A DNA stretch of 64,000 nt, from contig JBQEKC010000002.1 of the NCBI GenBank assembly GCA_052103595.1, positions 56,131 through 120,130 on the forward strand. Reading direction: 5' to 3'. Below the pieces are notes generated by a model. That model worked only from the letters and a program-made list of their open reading frames with translations. It did no database searches and was not told the DNA's origin. Positions within the stretch are counted from its first letter, which is position 1; each line of letters starts with the position of its first letter. The DNA comes from Candidatus Saccharimonadales bacterium (lineage in GTDB: Bacteria; Patescibacteriota; Saccharimonadia; Saccharimonadales; Saccharimonadaceae). Positions 9,409 through 17,948 of this stretch are shown piece after piece. The position numbers and the translations under genes were made by a program.

Positions 9409-10404
9409 TTAGCGCACTAAATCGTAGTCGTTTTGCGCACCAGGGTGTTGATTTGCCGTATCAAAAGCAGCAAATACATCATTTCGGGCGTGATTAATAG
9501 CCGCCGCTTTTTCGTTCGTTTGGCCATGTTGCGGTGATAACAGATCATGGGCCTCCGGTACTGTTTCTGCTGAACCTGCAGTATCTCCTTCGACAAATTG
9601 TTCGCCATCAGGCTCGGCAATTTCGCTCAGTTCTTGCTGATTCTGTTCACTTTCCTGCAAAACATCATCAAGCGTTTCGGGCGCGTCTTCTGCAGGATCA
9701 CCTTCGCCAACTGGCACCGCCAAATCATACTGCCGAATATTTCGGCCAAGTTCAGCCAGCGTTTCGTTATCTAAACGGTTTGCACCACCCGCTTCTTTCG
9801 CATTCTGAAAGTAGGCGCGCGCAGCCGGGCTTTGAGCCAACAACTGTTGCACATTCGCCAGTGCGTCCGGGTCACCTTCGTCGGCCGCAGCAATCATTTT
9901 TTCCGCAATCGCCACGTTTGCCACATCATTCTGGCTTTCTTGATCCAAAAATTCAGCCTTTCCGACTACCTCTTCACCATCAGCTGCGTTTTCTAATTTT
10001 TCGCCCAAGACGCGCTTTTGCACATCGGTATGGTCCACTTCGCCCACCGCCGTTGGCGACAACGCCGCGTTCGCCTCTTGCGTGGCAATCTCTACACTAT
10101 GCCCAAACGTATGCGCATCCACCGAGTGCGTTTGCGTTAACGCCCCATATGCCTCGGCTACACCTTCAGAGAGCGCCTCTGTGTCACCACTCGAATCTAC
10201 GCCAAGGTGCGCTTTTGCATCAACACTCAATCTATCCACAACTTCTTGCGCATTAAAATCATGCGCCTGCACTTCGCTTACGCCAAATACACCGTTAAGA
10301 TATTCGTTGTACAATTGATTTTGCTCAGCGATTTCTTCCGGTGTTCGTTCGCGCTCCTCGCGCGGTTTTTCTTGTTTTTCGAATGATGCTTGGTCGGGAA
10401 ACAT
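9409..10404 (-). CDS. hypothetical, extremely acidic soluble protein
   Basis: 331-aa ORF, D/E/Q/A-rich, no TM, no recognisable domain. Its stop lies 1 nt from the yaaA stop. Confidence 0.6.
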   Translation of the reverse strand: MFPDQASFEKQEKPREERERTPEEIAEQNQLYNEYLNGVFGVSEVQAHDFNAQEVVDRLSVDAKAHLGVDSSGDTEALSEGVAEAYGALTQTHSVDAHTFGHSVEIATQEANAALSPTAVGEVDHTDVQKRVLGEKLENAADGEEVVGKAEFLDQESQNDVANVAIAEKMIAAADEGDPDALANVQQLLAQSPAARAYFQNAKEAGGANRLDNETLAELGRNIRQYDLAVPVGEGDPAEDAPETLDDVLQESEQNQQELSEIAEPDGEQFVEGDTAGSAETVPEAHDLLSPQHGQTNEKAAAINHARNDVFAAFDTANQHPGAQNDYDLVR

Positions 10405-10504
10405 AGTTTTTTGTTTTTTATGAAATTCTTTTATATATTAGCATAAGTTTTATGAAAAGTCAATGTCTACGCACTAGCCCTTTCTCCGTTTTACGCTATG
10501 ATAA

Positions 10505-10837
10505 ATGCATATGAAAAATCACAATAACGATATCCTCGCCCTCATACGCTTATCAGAAGTAGTCTCACTTGCTGAGTTCTTGTCCGTGGGCATAATTTCT
10601 GTGCGAAATACCGAGCCAATGTATCCAGTCACTGTTGGCGAAAAAATTGCTTGTTACGCTCTCGATATTGTACTTCTTCACGAATGGTCATCCGATGAAA
10701 CCAAGCAAGCTGTCGCACCCCTCGAAGAGGCTCTGCAACAGCTTGACACAGGAGTTGACAAACCTGCCGTATGGAATGATCTTTTTATTGCAAATTCAGC
10801 ACTCAAAGCCTACCTACAGTCGAAACCGCAGAAATAA
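10505..10837 (+). CDS. hypothetical protein
   Basis: 110-aa ORF, no recognised family. Its stop codon abuts the truB stop (TAATTA). Confidence 0.45.
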   Translation: MHMKNHNNDILALIRLSEVVSLAEFLSVGIISVRNTEPMYPVTVGEKIACYALDIVLLHEWSSDETKQAVAPLEEALQQLDTGVDKPAVWNDLFIANSALKAYLQSKPQK

Positions 10838-11497
10838 TTAGCTATCAATCCCAAAATCCGCCAATGTCTGTGCATCGGCCACATTCCATTCGCGAATCTG
10901 CGTTCGGCGTAGCTCGTTACAGTACGCGCCCGTTCCCAGCGCTTGGCCAATATCCACCGCTAAGCTACGAATATACGTCCCGCTCGAAACGTGCGTGCGG
11001 ATTTTGAGCGTTGGGTAGGAATATTCCACCAACTCAAGCGAGTGCACGGTGATGGTGCGCAGCGGTAATTCCACTTCTTTACCATCTCGCGCGAGTTTGT
11101 AAGCGCGCTGACCATCAATTTTAATGGCGCTAAAAATTGGCGGGCGTTGCTGAATATCACCAGTAAATTTTGCGAGTGCACTACTTACTTCTTCTAGCGA
11201 AGGTTGCGCGCCATCTACCCCTGTTATTTCGCCTTCTGGGTCACCTGTTGTACTGGTTTTGCCGAGCGTAATGGTCGCTTCGTACACCTTGTCGAGCTTG
11301 GTGTATTCGCCGGCTTTTTTGCATTCTTTGCCGATGACTAAAATCATCAATCCAGTCGCAAATGGATCAAGCGTGCCGGTATGCCCCACTTTCACTTTTT
11401 TGCCAGCTTGCTGGCTTAATACGCGCCGAATCCGCGCCACTACACCAAAACTTGTCAGCCCCGCAGGCTTGTCAATTAAAAGAATCCCATCTGTCAT
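10838..11497 (-). CDS. truB: tRNA pseudouridine(55) synthase
   Basis: GILLIDKPAGLTSFGVV and KVGHTGTLDPFATGLMILVIG (catalytic Asp motif). Second ATG chosen because the -10 box sits 2 nt from the first ATG. Confidence 0.9.
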   Translation of the reverse strand: MTDGILLIDKPAGLTSFGVVARIRRVLSQQAGKKVKVGHTGTLDPFATGLMILVIGKECKKAGEYTKLDKVYEATITLGKTSTTGDPEGEITGVDGAQPSLEEVSSALAKFTGDIQQRPPIFSAIKIDGQRAYKLARDGKEVELPLRTITVHSLELVEYSYPTLKIRTHVSSGTYIRSLAVDIGQALGTGAYCNELRRTQIREWNVADAQTLADFGIDS

Positions 11498-11505
11498 CGC
11501 CATTT

Positions 11506-11514
11506 ATTGTAGCA
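11506..11514 (-). promoter_or_regulatory. extended -10 box abutting start codon (leaderless-type)
   Basis: Minus strand reads TGcTACAAT aaATGgcg ATG (N=8 to the second ATG). Confidence 0.55.
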
Positions 11515-11563
11515 TACAAAACACGCGCCCTTCTTCATGCGAGGGCGCGCGGTGTTTACGCAA

Positions 11564-13486
11564 TTACTGCTGGCCAGGAATCTTGAACTGCCCTGGGTCG
11601 GACGATGTTGGCGCCTGCGTTTCGGCTGGCGGTGGTAACATTTGGCCGAGTGGCTCTTCTGGCGCCAGTGGTGCGTTGCTTTCTGGAGCTGCTGGTGGCA
11701 ACTGACCAAAGTCAGGCATCTGCGGTGGCATTGGTGGCAACTGCGAGAAGTCTGGCGTTGGTGGTGGCGGTGGCGTAGCTGGTGTTTCTGGTTGCTCAGC
11801 TGGCAACTCTGGCACAGCCGCGGGTGCCATTGTTTCAAGTGGCGTCAGCGGTGGTGCTGAAAAGGTCGGCATTGATGGCGCAGCGAGTGGATCAACTGAA
11901 GCTGGTTCGGCTTTTATATTCGCACCATTCAACGGAGACTCGAACATTGGCTGACTGTCACCAACATACTTACCGCTACCATGCGAAAGAATTGCTTTAT
12001 TCTGTTCACTATCAGCGTTACGACGCTTGTCGTCAGCGGCTTGCTGAGTGGTGGCATTAAGCGTTCCACCAAAAGAAGGGCCGTTACCTTGCTGTGATGG
12101 CGGTGTTTTTACCGTGTTAATTTCTGGCATTGCCGGCGTTTCAAATGGCGGCATGTTGGCACTTTCTGTCGCAAGGTCGCTGGCAAGTTGCGAGGCGTCG
12201 TTTGCGCTATTCGTTGGCGCACCAACCAGTTGATCAAGCTGTGCAAGCGCATCGCTCGTGCTTTCTTCTGGCGCTGCATCTAACCCAGGAATTGATGGTA
12301 AGGCAGCTGGCGCATCTGTTTGTGGCAGCGTGGCTGAAGTATCCTTTGGCGCGTCTTGTGGGCTAGCTGGCTGTGGCGTTTCCATAGGAGCAACCGGTGG
12401 CAAAGTAGCGCTTTCTACTTCCTCTGTTGGCTGAGGAGTTGGCGTTTCAGGCGGTTGCTGTAGAGCTTCTGTTTCCGGTGGCGTGGACTCTTTTGGCTGT
12501 GGCGTTTCTTTTGGTGCTACATCGCTATCCTTCTCGCCCTTTTTGTCATCTTCGTTAGAGGTGTCGTCTGCTTTTTTAGCTGCTGCGTCGTTCTTGTCGT
12601 TGCCGCTATGTGTAATACTCAGACTTTCTTTGTTGTCTTGTTTTCTCTTTTTATCGTTGCCTGACTTTTTTGACTGATCCTGCGGTTTTCGGTCGATTTT
12701 TGCTGAACCTTTGCCATCAGCAAAATCAAGCTTGCTGCCTTCGCGGAGCTTAGCGGCAATCAGCTGCTGATTAGCGCCAAGTGCCATCAATTTCGCTGAA
12801 ATCGTCATGGCATTAGCGGTCGTTTTATCGTTACTAAAGCGATCAGTCGCCGCGACAACACCGGTCAAAAGCGCGCTAGCGACGCGTTCTGCCATTGGCT
12901 TTGTTTCGTCTTTTAGGCCATCAAGCAAATCAAACGACAGTTCACTTAAGCTACTTGCTTCTGCATTGCTCCAATCCATTGAGCCTAGCTTGCTTGGTTT
13001 GATACCAATCGTTGCCACAGAAGCGTCATGCAAAATTCGGCCGTGTGACGCCAATGCTTTATCAAGGTGATCTTTATCTTTCACACCAATAGCAACTACC
13101 ATCTCTACGTTGTAATCACCCTGGCTGTAATCCAAATCTTTTTGCGTAATAACCGTGCGGTACGGCGTAATAAAGATTTTTACAACATCGCCCTCTACCT
13201 TGTAGCGAAGATGATCGGCCTTATCTTTATCAAGTGCAATCACAAAATCGCGCAAACTATCAACGCTATTTTCAAAGGTTTTTTCTGGCTTCAAAAACGT
13301 AATTGCTGGCGGAATATTACCGCTCACCACTGCTGTAGCATGCTTTCCAATATCATTGAGGTACAACGTCACGCCGAGCGCGGCAGACAATTCATCAACA
13401 CTTGGATTTTGCCCAACTGTTACAAGAATAGTATCTGCGCTTTTGATACCTTCGACGATTTGTTGCTTCACACCAGTGTCGTTCAT
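11564..13486 (-). CDS. DHH/NrnA-like N-terminal domain protein with a roughly 350-aa Pro/Thr/Ala-rich tail
   Basis: N-terminal roughly 280 aa resemble NrnA-type DHH proteins, and the gene sits next to truB as nrnA often does. Canonical DHH/DxD motifs are not evident; the C-terminal half is low-complexity. Confidence 0.6.
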   Translation of the reverse strand: MNDTGVKQQIVEGIKSADTILVTVGQNPSVDELSAALGVTLYLNDIGKHATAVVSGNIPPAITFLKPEKTFENSVDSLRDFVIALDKDKADHLRYKVEGDVVKIFITPYRTVITQKDLDYSQGDYNVEMVVAIGVKDKDHLDKALASHGRILHDASVATIGIKPSKLGSMDWSNAEASSLSELSFDLLDGLKDETKPMAERVASALLTGVVAATDRFSNDKTTANAMTISAKLMALGANQQLIAAKLREGSKLDFADGKGSAKIDRKPQDQSKKSGNDKKRKQDNKESLSITHSGNDKNDAAAKKADDTSNEDDKKGEKDSDVAPKETPQPKESTPPETEALQQPPETPTPQPTEEVESATLPPVAPMETPQPASPQDAPKDTSATLPQTDAPAALPSIPGLDAAPEESTSDALAQLDQLVGAPTNSANDASQLASDLATESANMPPFETPAMPEINTVKTPPSQQGNGPSFGGTLNATTQQAADDKRRNADSEQNKAILSHGSGKYVGDSQPMFESPLNGANIKAEPASVDPLAAPSMPTFSAPPLTPLETMAPAAVPELPAEQPETPATPPPPPTPDFSQLPPMPPQMPDFGQLPPAAPESNAPLAPEEPLGQMLPPPAETQAPTSSDPGQFKIPGQQ

Positions 13487-13661
13487 GTTATTTTGTACCT
13501 TTTTTGTTTATGTTATAAGACTTTTCCTTGACTATACCATAAGCGTAACAATTGTGTCAACAATCTTCCCTTTCGATGGTCGCTTTACTTTTTTTGCGAA
13601 AACCTGTATAATTCATAGCTGATTGTAAGTACAAATTACTAGAGAGAATTAAAGGAGTAAC

Positions 13662-14072
13662 ATGCCAATCATCAAATCCGCTATCAAGCGCGTAAAACAA
13701 GCCAACCAGCGCCGCGAACGCAACATTGGCCTTAAAAAAGACATTAAAGCTGCCACAAAAGCTTTCATGGCAAAGCCAAGCGCCGACAGCCTTTCAAAGG
13801 TACAAAGCACGCTTGATACTGCTGTAAAGAAGAACTTGCTTGAAAAGAACACTGTTGCTCGTAAAAAAGCACAATTTTCAAAGATTGCAAAAGAAGCCGG
13901 CGTAAAGCTCGGCGCAGCAAAAAAGGCTCCAGCAAAGAAGCCAGCCGCCAAGAAAACAACAGCCGCAAAGGCAACAACCGCTGCCAAAAAACCAGCTGCC
14001 AAGAAGACAACAACAAAAACTGCCGCAAAAGCTCCAGCAAAGAAGTCGACTGCAAAGAAGACAACAAAGTAG
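13662..14072 (+). CDS. rpsT: 30S ribosomal protein S20 with Lys/Ala-rich C-terminal extension
   Basis: MPIIKSAIKRVKQANQRRERN start, SD AAAGGAG upstream. Last roughly 55 aa are AKKPAAKKTT-type repeats. Confidence 0.9.
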   Translation: MPIIKSAIKRVKQANQRRERNIGLKKDIKAATKAFMAKPSADSLSKVQSTLDTAVKKNLLEKNTVARKKAQFSKIAKEAGVKLGAAKKAPAKKPAAKKTTAAKATTAAKKPAAKKTTTKTAAKAPAKKSTAKKTTK

Positions 14073-14119
14073 TCACTCTCTCTTTCTACAAAAACTCGCC
14101 CTATTATCTGGGCGAGTTT

Positions 14120-15031
14120 TTAGTGCGCGGCGCGTTCAGCAATATTTGTGAGGGCAATTTCTATCGCCAACCACGGATCGTTGCTTGAAGATTTCAGCTG
14201 CATATCAACCAACGCCAACTCGTTTATTGCATAGCGTACCGTCGCTTCAGTACTTGTACGCGCTACTGTTTGCAAGCGACTCAATACAAAGGGATGCACG
14301 CCAAGCTCCGCGGCAACTGCTTCACCTCCCCCAGTGACGCTTCCCGCTAATGCGTATAGCTGCGACACTAATAAACCAAGTGTCATATACGCATCTTCGC
14401 TTGCCTGCAAATGATAGATTTTTTGTTGCACCTTTCCTGTTTCGCCTTTGAGCGCCAGCGTTAGTAAATCAAACGCTGTATCGTGCGTGGTTTCTTCTGT
14501 GTAAGATTGCACGGTGGATAGTGTAATCGACCCTAGACTAGAAAGACGTTGCACTTCGTGTAAAAGCGTGTACTGGTCCACTCCTAGGCGGCGTACCAAT
14601 TCGTTTGCAGCAGGGCGTTCGAGCGAAATGTTTTGCGCGGCGGCGTACGCTTCCAGCCAAGCTGCTGCTTTGGTAGTGTCACGTTCGCCAAATGGTTTAC
14701 ATTCAATCAAGCGAGCCTTTTTTTGCAGTGTTTTAAAGGTTTTTGTCCGCTTGTCGGGTTTTGCTTCAACCAGAATAAGCGACACTGTTTCCATATCGAT
14801 CGTTTCGAGATATTCCCCAAGTGCCGTCCATACAGGCTTGTTATCGCCAAGTTGCGTAATAACAGGCGTATGCTGCGCAGAAAAAAGCGATAATCCCTGC
14901 AGTAACTGCGGAATATCAGCAGTCGTCAACCGCTCGCCTTCGTGCCGCTCTGAAGCGTCAATATCAGCAAGCATCGTGGCCAATTGCTGGTCGCGTTCGT
15001 AGGCGTTCTCTCCGTAGATGAGGGTGATCAT
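14120..15031 (-). CDS. holA: DNA polymerase III delta subunit
   Basis: MITLIYGENAYERDQQL start and about 300 aa helical clamp-loader delta architecture. Start set by the adjacent -10 box; the longer ORF-track N-terminus is rejected. Confidence 0.75.
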   Translation of the reverse strand: MITLIYGENAYERDQQLATMLADIDASERHEGERLTTADIPQLLQGLSLFSAQHTPVITQLGDNKPVWTALGEYLETIDMETVSLILVEAKPDKRTKTFKTLQKKARLIECKPFGERDTTKAAAWLEAYAAAQNISLERPAANELVRRLGVDQYTLLHEVQRLSSLGSITLSTVQSYTEETTHDTAFDLLTLALKGETGKVQQKIYHLQASEDAYMTLGLLVSQLYALAGSVTGGGEAVAAELGVHPFVLSRLQTVARTSTEATVRYAINELALVDMQLKSSSNDPWLAIEIALTNIAERAAH

Positions 15032-15038
15032 TGTTTTT

Positions 15039-15047
15039 AGTATAGCA
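15039..15047 (-). promoter_or_regulatory. extended -10 box abutting start codon (leaderless-type)
   Basis: Minus strand reads TGcTATACT aaaaaca ATG (N=7). Confidence 0.55.
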
Positions 15048-15212
15048 TTTTTGCCTCTATCACATTGAGGAAGTAAAGTGTTTTTACGAAAAAAATGACA
15101 AACTAAACTGATATATGTATAGTTACTAGCTATGCAAACACCGTTTGCCAAAGTACGAGGGGTTTCCTCGACTTTTTATTATGAAGCTAGCAGTAGCTTC
15201 GTGTGACACTTC

Positions 15213-15446
15213 TTGAAAGGAAGTGGTTGCGATGGGAGCAACCAGTCTCGCAATTCCAATGCGTCTGTGCGTGTCAGCGGTGGATATGATCGCCGCACTC
15301 ACGGCAACTATGACCCGTCTGCTCAGCGTACCGATCTTGAAATTTTCGATAAGACCGGCTCAGGCGATATCGAAAAAACCCACTTGTCAATTGACTCTGA
15401 GGGAAACCACACCGTCTGGAAGGGAAATACATCCTTCGGCGAGTAG
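15213..15446 (+). CDS. hypothetical small Gly/Asp/Asn-rich protein, or orphan 3' fragment of a larger gene
   Basis: Strong G-first codon periodicity in this frame. The only in-frame starts are TTG 15213 or an internal GTG, with an in-frame TGA 7 nt upstream. Followed by a hairpin plus T-run. Confidence 0.35.
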   Translation: MKGSGCDGSNQSRNSNASVRVSGGYDRRTHGNYDPSAQRTDLEIFDKTGSGDIEKTHLSIDSEGNHTVWKGNTSFGE

Positions 15447-15457
15447 GTTTACGACCT

Positions 15458-15486
15458 GAACCAAGTCGAAAAACTGGTTCATTTTT
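15458..15486 (+). terminator. candidate Rho-independent terminator
   Basis: Stem gaacca(a)g/ctggttc (7 bp, 1 bulge) followed by ATTTTT. Confidence 0.45.
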
Positions 15487-15488
15487 AC

Positions 15489-15494
15489 TATAAT
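15489..15494 (+). promoter_or_regulatory. -10 box abutting start codon (leaderless-type)
   Basis: TATAAT aagatc ATG (N=6), with no SD possible. Confidence 0.45.
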
Positions 15495-15500
15495 AAGATC

Positions 15501-15776
15501 ATGAACAAGAAAAGCTCAAAAGACATACTCGAAGAATCTACCCAGACCCTCCCAGACCGCCCAAGCACTATTCAGTTTGTTTACACTTTTCTTAACTACG
15601 TAGGTGCAGCAGATTTTGATACTATTGAAGAAGATGAGTACCCTGAACTGAATGTATTGTTTGATCTCTGCGTTCAATTTCTCGACCCTACTCATATCTC
15701 CGAAACATATACGATTGCTAAAAAAATAAGGACAGCGGTTACAATGGTAAGTGAAGGAGAGATAGAGCTAAAATAG
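15501..15776 (+). CDS. hypothetical small acidic protein
   Basis: 91-aa ORF in an AT-rich islet (by eye), helical/acidic, no family recognised. Confidence 0.5.
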   Translation: MNKKSSKDILEESTQTLPDRPSTIQFVYTFLNYVGAADFDTIEEDEYPELNVLFDLCVQFLDPTHISETYTIAKKIRTAVTMVSEGEIELK

Positions 15777-15785
15777 CAATTATTA

Positions 15786-16139
15786 ATGAACATACAAACC
15801 CCTTCTCATCTTAGGCTGTTTTACGAAACAACAATCCTTCCATACTTCCTCTTACCCGATGGGGTTATCAATTGGCAGGGCGATAGTGAACTTGATTCAG
15901 ATTCGTACGCCTCTTACTTTTCCATTAAATCCATAAATTATCTACTCGTACTCAGTACTGTACACAACTCAAAAGACATAGTAGAAGGTGCTGCTATCGC
16001 GCCCCACGAGTCTGCCATTACGATCTATCCGAAAGTCGGCACGTATCGCGATGTATATATAGACGACTCTTCGTCCTCACCTCGTGAAACAGGATACTTC
16101 TCTCTTTATGAAATTCGCAGCCCTATAACCCAAAGGTAA
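15786..16139 (+). CDS. hypothetical small protein
   Basis: 117-aa ORF starting 9 nt after the previous stop, in the same AT-rich islet. No family recognised. Confidence 0.5.
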   Translation: MNIQTPSHLRLFYETTILPYFLLPDGVINWQGDSELDSDSYASYFSIKSINYLLVLSTVHNSKDIVEGAAIAPHESAITIYPKVGTYRDVYIDDSSSSPRETGYFSLYEIRSPITQR

Positions 16140-16205
16140 CGACTTTAGATGTACCATAAACTAGCTCATTTTCCATGAAGAATATCTTTAGGTATAATTA
16201 TCATA

Positions 16206-16505
16206 GTGAACTACAACCAACTATCTGCAAAGCTTAACACAGAACAATCGCCCGAAAATCGCGATATAGTTATCTCATTTTTGCAGCACTGCAGTACAGC
16301 ACTCAAGGCAGATACCGCCCAATCCTCAGAAATTGCCCACTCTATAACAGGCTTAATGGCAACTGACTACACTAAAACTCTACCCGAGAATGATCCAATA
16401 AACACTGTTCTTACTATCGCAGGTGAGCTCGAAATTGATGATCCAAAAGATAGGGATATACTAAAAGATGAGCTGATCGATGCCATCGATCAGCTTCAGC
16501 GGTAA
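16206..16505 (+). CDS. hypothetical small acidic protein
   Basis: 99-aa ORF with GTG start 7 nt after a TATAAT box (16193-16198). No family recognised. Confidence 0.5.
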   Translation: MNYNQLSAKLNTEQSPENRDIVISFLQHCSTALKADTAQSSEIAHSITGLMATDYTKTLPENDPINTVLTIAGELEIDDPKDRDILKDELIDAIDQLQR

Positions 16506-16510
16506 ATATC

Positions 16511-17377
16511 TTACTTTTGGCAATCTGGGCAAAAATGCGTCCCGCGTCCAGCGTGTTTGATCTTTTCGATTGTGGCGCCACAGCGTGGACAAGCCTGCCC
16601 TTCTCGCCGAAAGACGCGGGCGAAATCCATGTAGCTGCCGCGTTTTCCTTCAGCATTGACGTAGTTTTTATCGGTACTGCCACCCTTTTCGATCGCCAAG
16701 TTCATCACGTCGCGTAGCTCTTTATGCAGCAGTGAAAATTCTTGCGGCGAGACATCTTTTACTTTACGGCGCGGATCGATACGCGCGCTCCACAAGCTTT
16801 CATCGGCATAAATATTCCCTACACCCGCCACCACTGTTTGGTCAAGCAGCGCTGCCTTGATTGATGTATTTGCCCGGCGAGTAAAACGTTCGGTGAATTG
16901 CTCGGCGGTAAAATCAGCTTCGAGCGGTTCAGGGCCAACTTTTTGCATAAATGGTAGCTGTGGCACCTCGGTAGTTGGTAATAATTTCATCCAACCAAAT
17001 TTGCGCTGGTCATTAAAAAAGAGTCGCGAATCATCAGTAAACGTCAACGTGACGCGGGTTGATCGATCTGGAAGCGACCCAATCAGCGAATCAGTCGGAT
17101 GACCTGCTCCAAAACGTTCTTTGCCAACAAATACAAGCTGGCCTGTCATTTTCAAATGCACTACCAGGGTATACTGCGTGGAAAGATCAATCAGTAGCAC
17201 TTTGGCACGGCGGCGCACTTCTGTTACCGTAGCGCCAAGCAAAAATGCGTTAACGTCAGCTGGCGCGTTTGGAAAGCTTTTTGGGGAATCGTGCGCTTCA
17301 GCTCGCTGCACTGTGCGCCCAATAAGTAGTTCGTGCAAGCCGCGGCGAACTGTTTCGACTTCAGGAAGTTCAGGCAT
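16511..17377 (-). CDS. mutM: formamidopyrimidine-DNA glycosylase
   Basis: MPELPEVETVRRGL N-terminus and intact C-terminal zinc finger CPRCGATIEKIKHAGRGTHFCPDCQK. The longer ORF-track N-terminus overlaps the HAD gene and is rejected. Confidence 0.92.
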   Translation of the reverse strand: MPELPEVETVRRGLHELLIGRTVQRAEAHDSPKSFPNAPADVNAFLLGATVTEVRRRAKVLLIDLSTQYTLVVHLKMTGQLVFVGKERFGAGHPTDSLIGSLPDRSTRVTLTFTDDSRLFFNDQRKFGWMKLLPTTEVPQLPFMQKVGPEPLEADFTAEQFTERFTRRANTSIKAALLDQTVVAGVGNIYADESLWSARIDPRRKVKDVSPQEFSLLHKELRDVMNLAIEKGGSTDKNYVNAEGKRGSYMDFARVFRREGQACPRCGATIEKIKHAGRGTHFCPDCQK

Positions 17378-17942
17378 AAACACCTCGCTGAAGAAGCTCA
17401 CGTTGATACTGTGCTCGGTTTTCAAACACAATGCCGTCCATATCAGCACGCTGGGCACCTTCGATATTGCTCGCCAGGTCGTCAATCATTACGCATTCTT
17501 CGGGCAATACGCCAAGGCGTGTCGCGGCAAGCGAAAAAAGTTCTTTTTGCGGCTTTACCATGCCAACATCGCTTGAAATAATTACGGCATCAAACAACTC
17601 AGTGCGCTCTTCAGGTGTAAAAAGTTCGTTAATTACCGTATCGTTTGCATTCGAAAGAAGCGCCGTGCGGCACGTTTGCTTCACGCGGCGGATGCTTGCG
17701 AGCATCTCATCATCACGTGCGTATTGGCGCTGCGTCAGTGCTTGAAACGCATCAGGTGAAAGTGAAAGAAGTTCTGCCGCTTGCGCACTAAACTCTGCAG
17801 CGGTCAAAAAACCGTAATCAGCCTGCTGGAACAGTTCTTGCATGCGCTCGCGAGATACCTCGGGTGTGCGGCTCACAATCAGTCCGCGCGACCCAACACA
17901 TAAAACGCCAAAGAAATCGTAAATGACTGCTGCTACCGCCAC
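17370..17942 (-). CDS. HAD-superfamily hydrolase (subfamily IA-like)
   Basis: Motifs IYDFFGVL, LLSNAN and MIDDLASNIEGAQRADMDGIVF. GTG start; overlaps the mutM start by 8 nt. Confidence 0.8.
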   Translation of the reverse strand: MAVAAVIYDFFGVLCVGSRGLIVSRTPEVSRERMQELFQQADYGFLTAAEFSAQAAELLSLSPDAFQALTQRQYARDDEMLASIRRVKQTCRTALLSNANDTVINELFTPEERTELFDAVIISSDVGMVKPQKELFSLAATRLGVLPEECVMIDDLASNIEGAQRADMDGIVFENRAQYQRELLQRGVYA

Positions 17943-17948
17943 AACATT

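Noticed and set aside
13649-14076. Antisense ORFs of 103-117 aa opposite rpsT. Similar antisense or overlapping ORFs occur at 9534-10256, 11259-11860, 21327-22061, 50424-51062, 52522-52953 and 54161-55129, and there are many inside rnj, pnp, polA, nrdA, groEL and the 963-aa gene.
   Set aside because: They lie inside well-supported genes, often in low-complexity or GC-biased stretches that lack stops on the opposite strand. They also give implausible, repetitive translations.
15223-15459. An alternative 78-codon frame (MVAMGATSLAIPMRL...) overlaps the 15213-15446 ORF and has an ATG preceded by AAGGAAG.
   Set aside because: The other frame shows the strong G-first, RNY-like codon periodicity typical of coding sequence. 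This frame gives an odd, Ser/Thr/Arg/Leu-rich product. I kept it only as an unresolved alternative.
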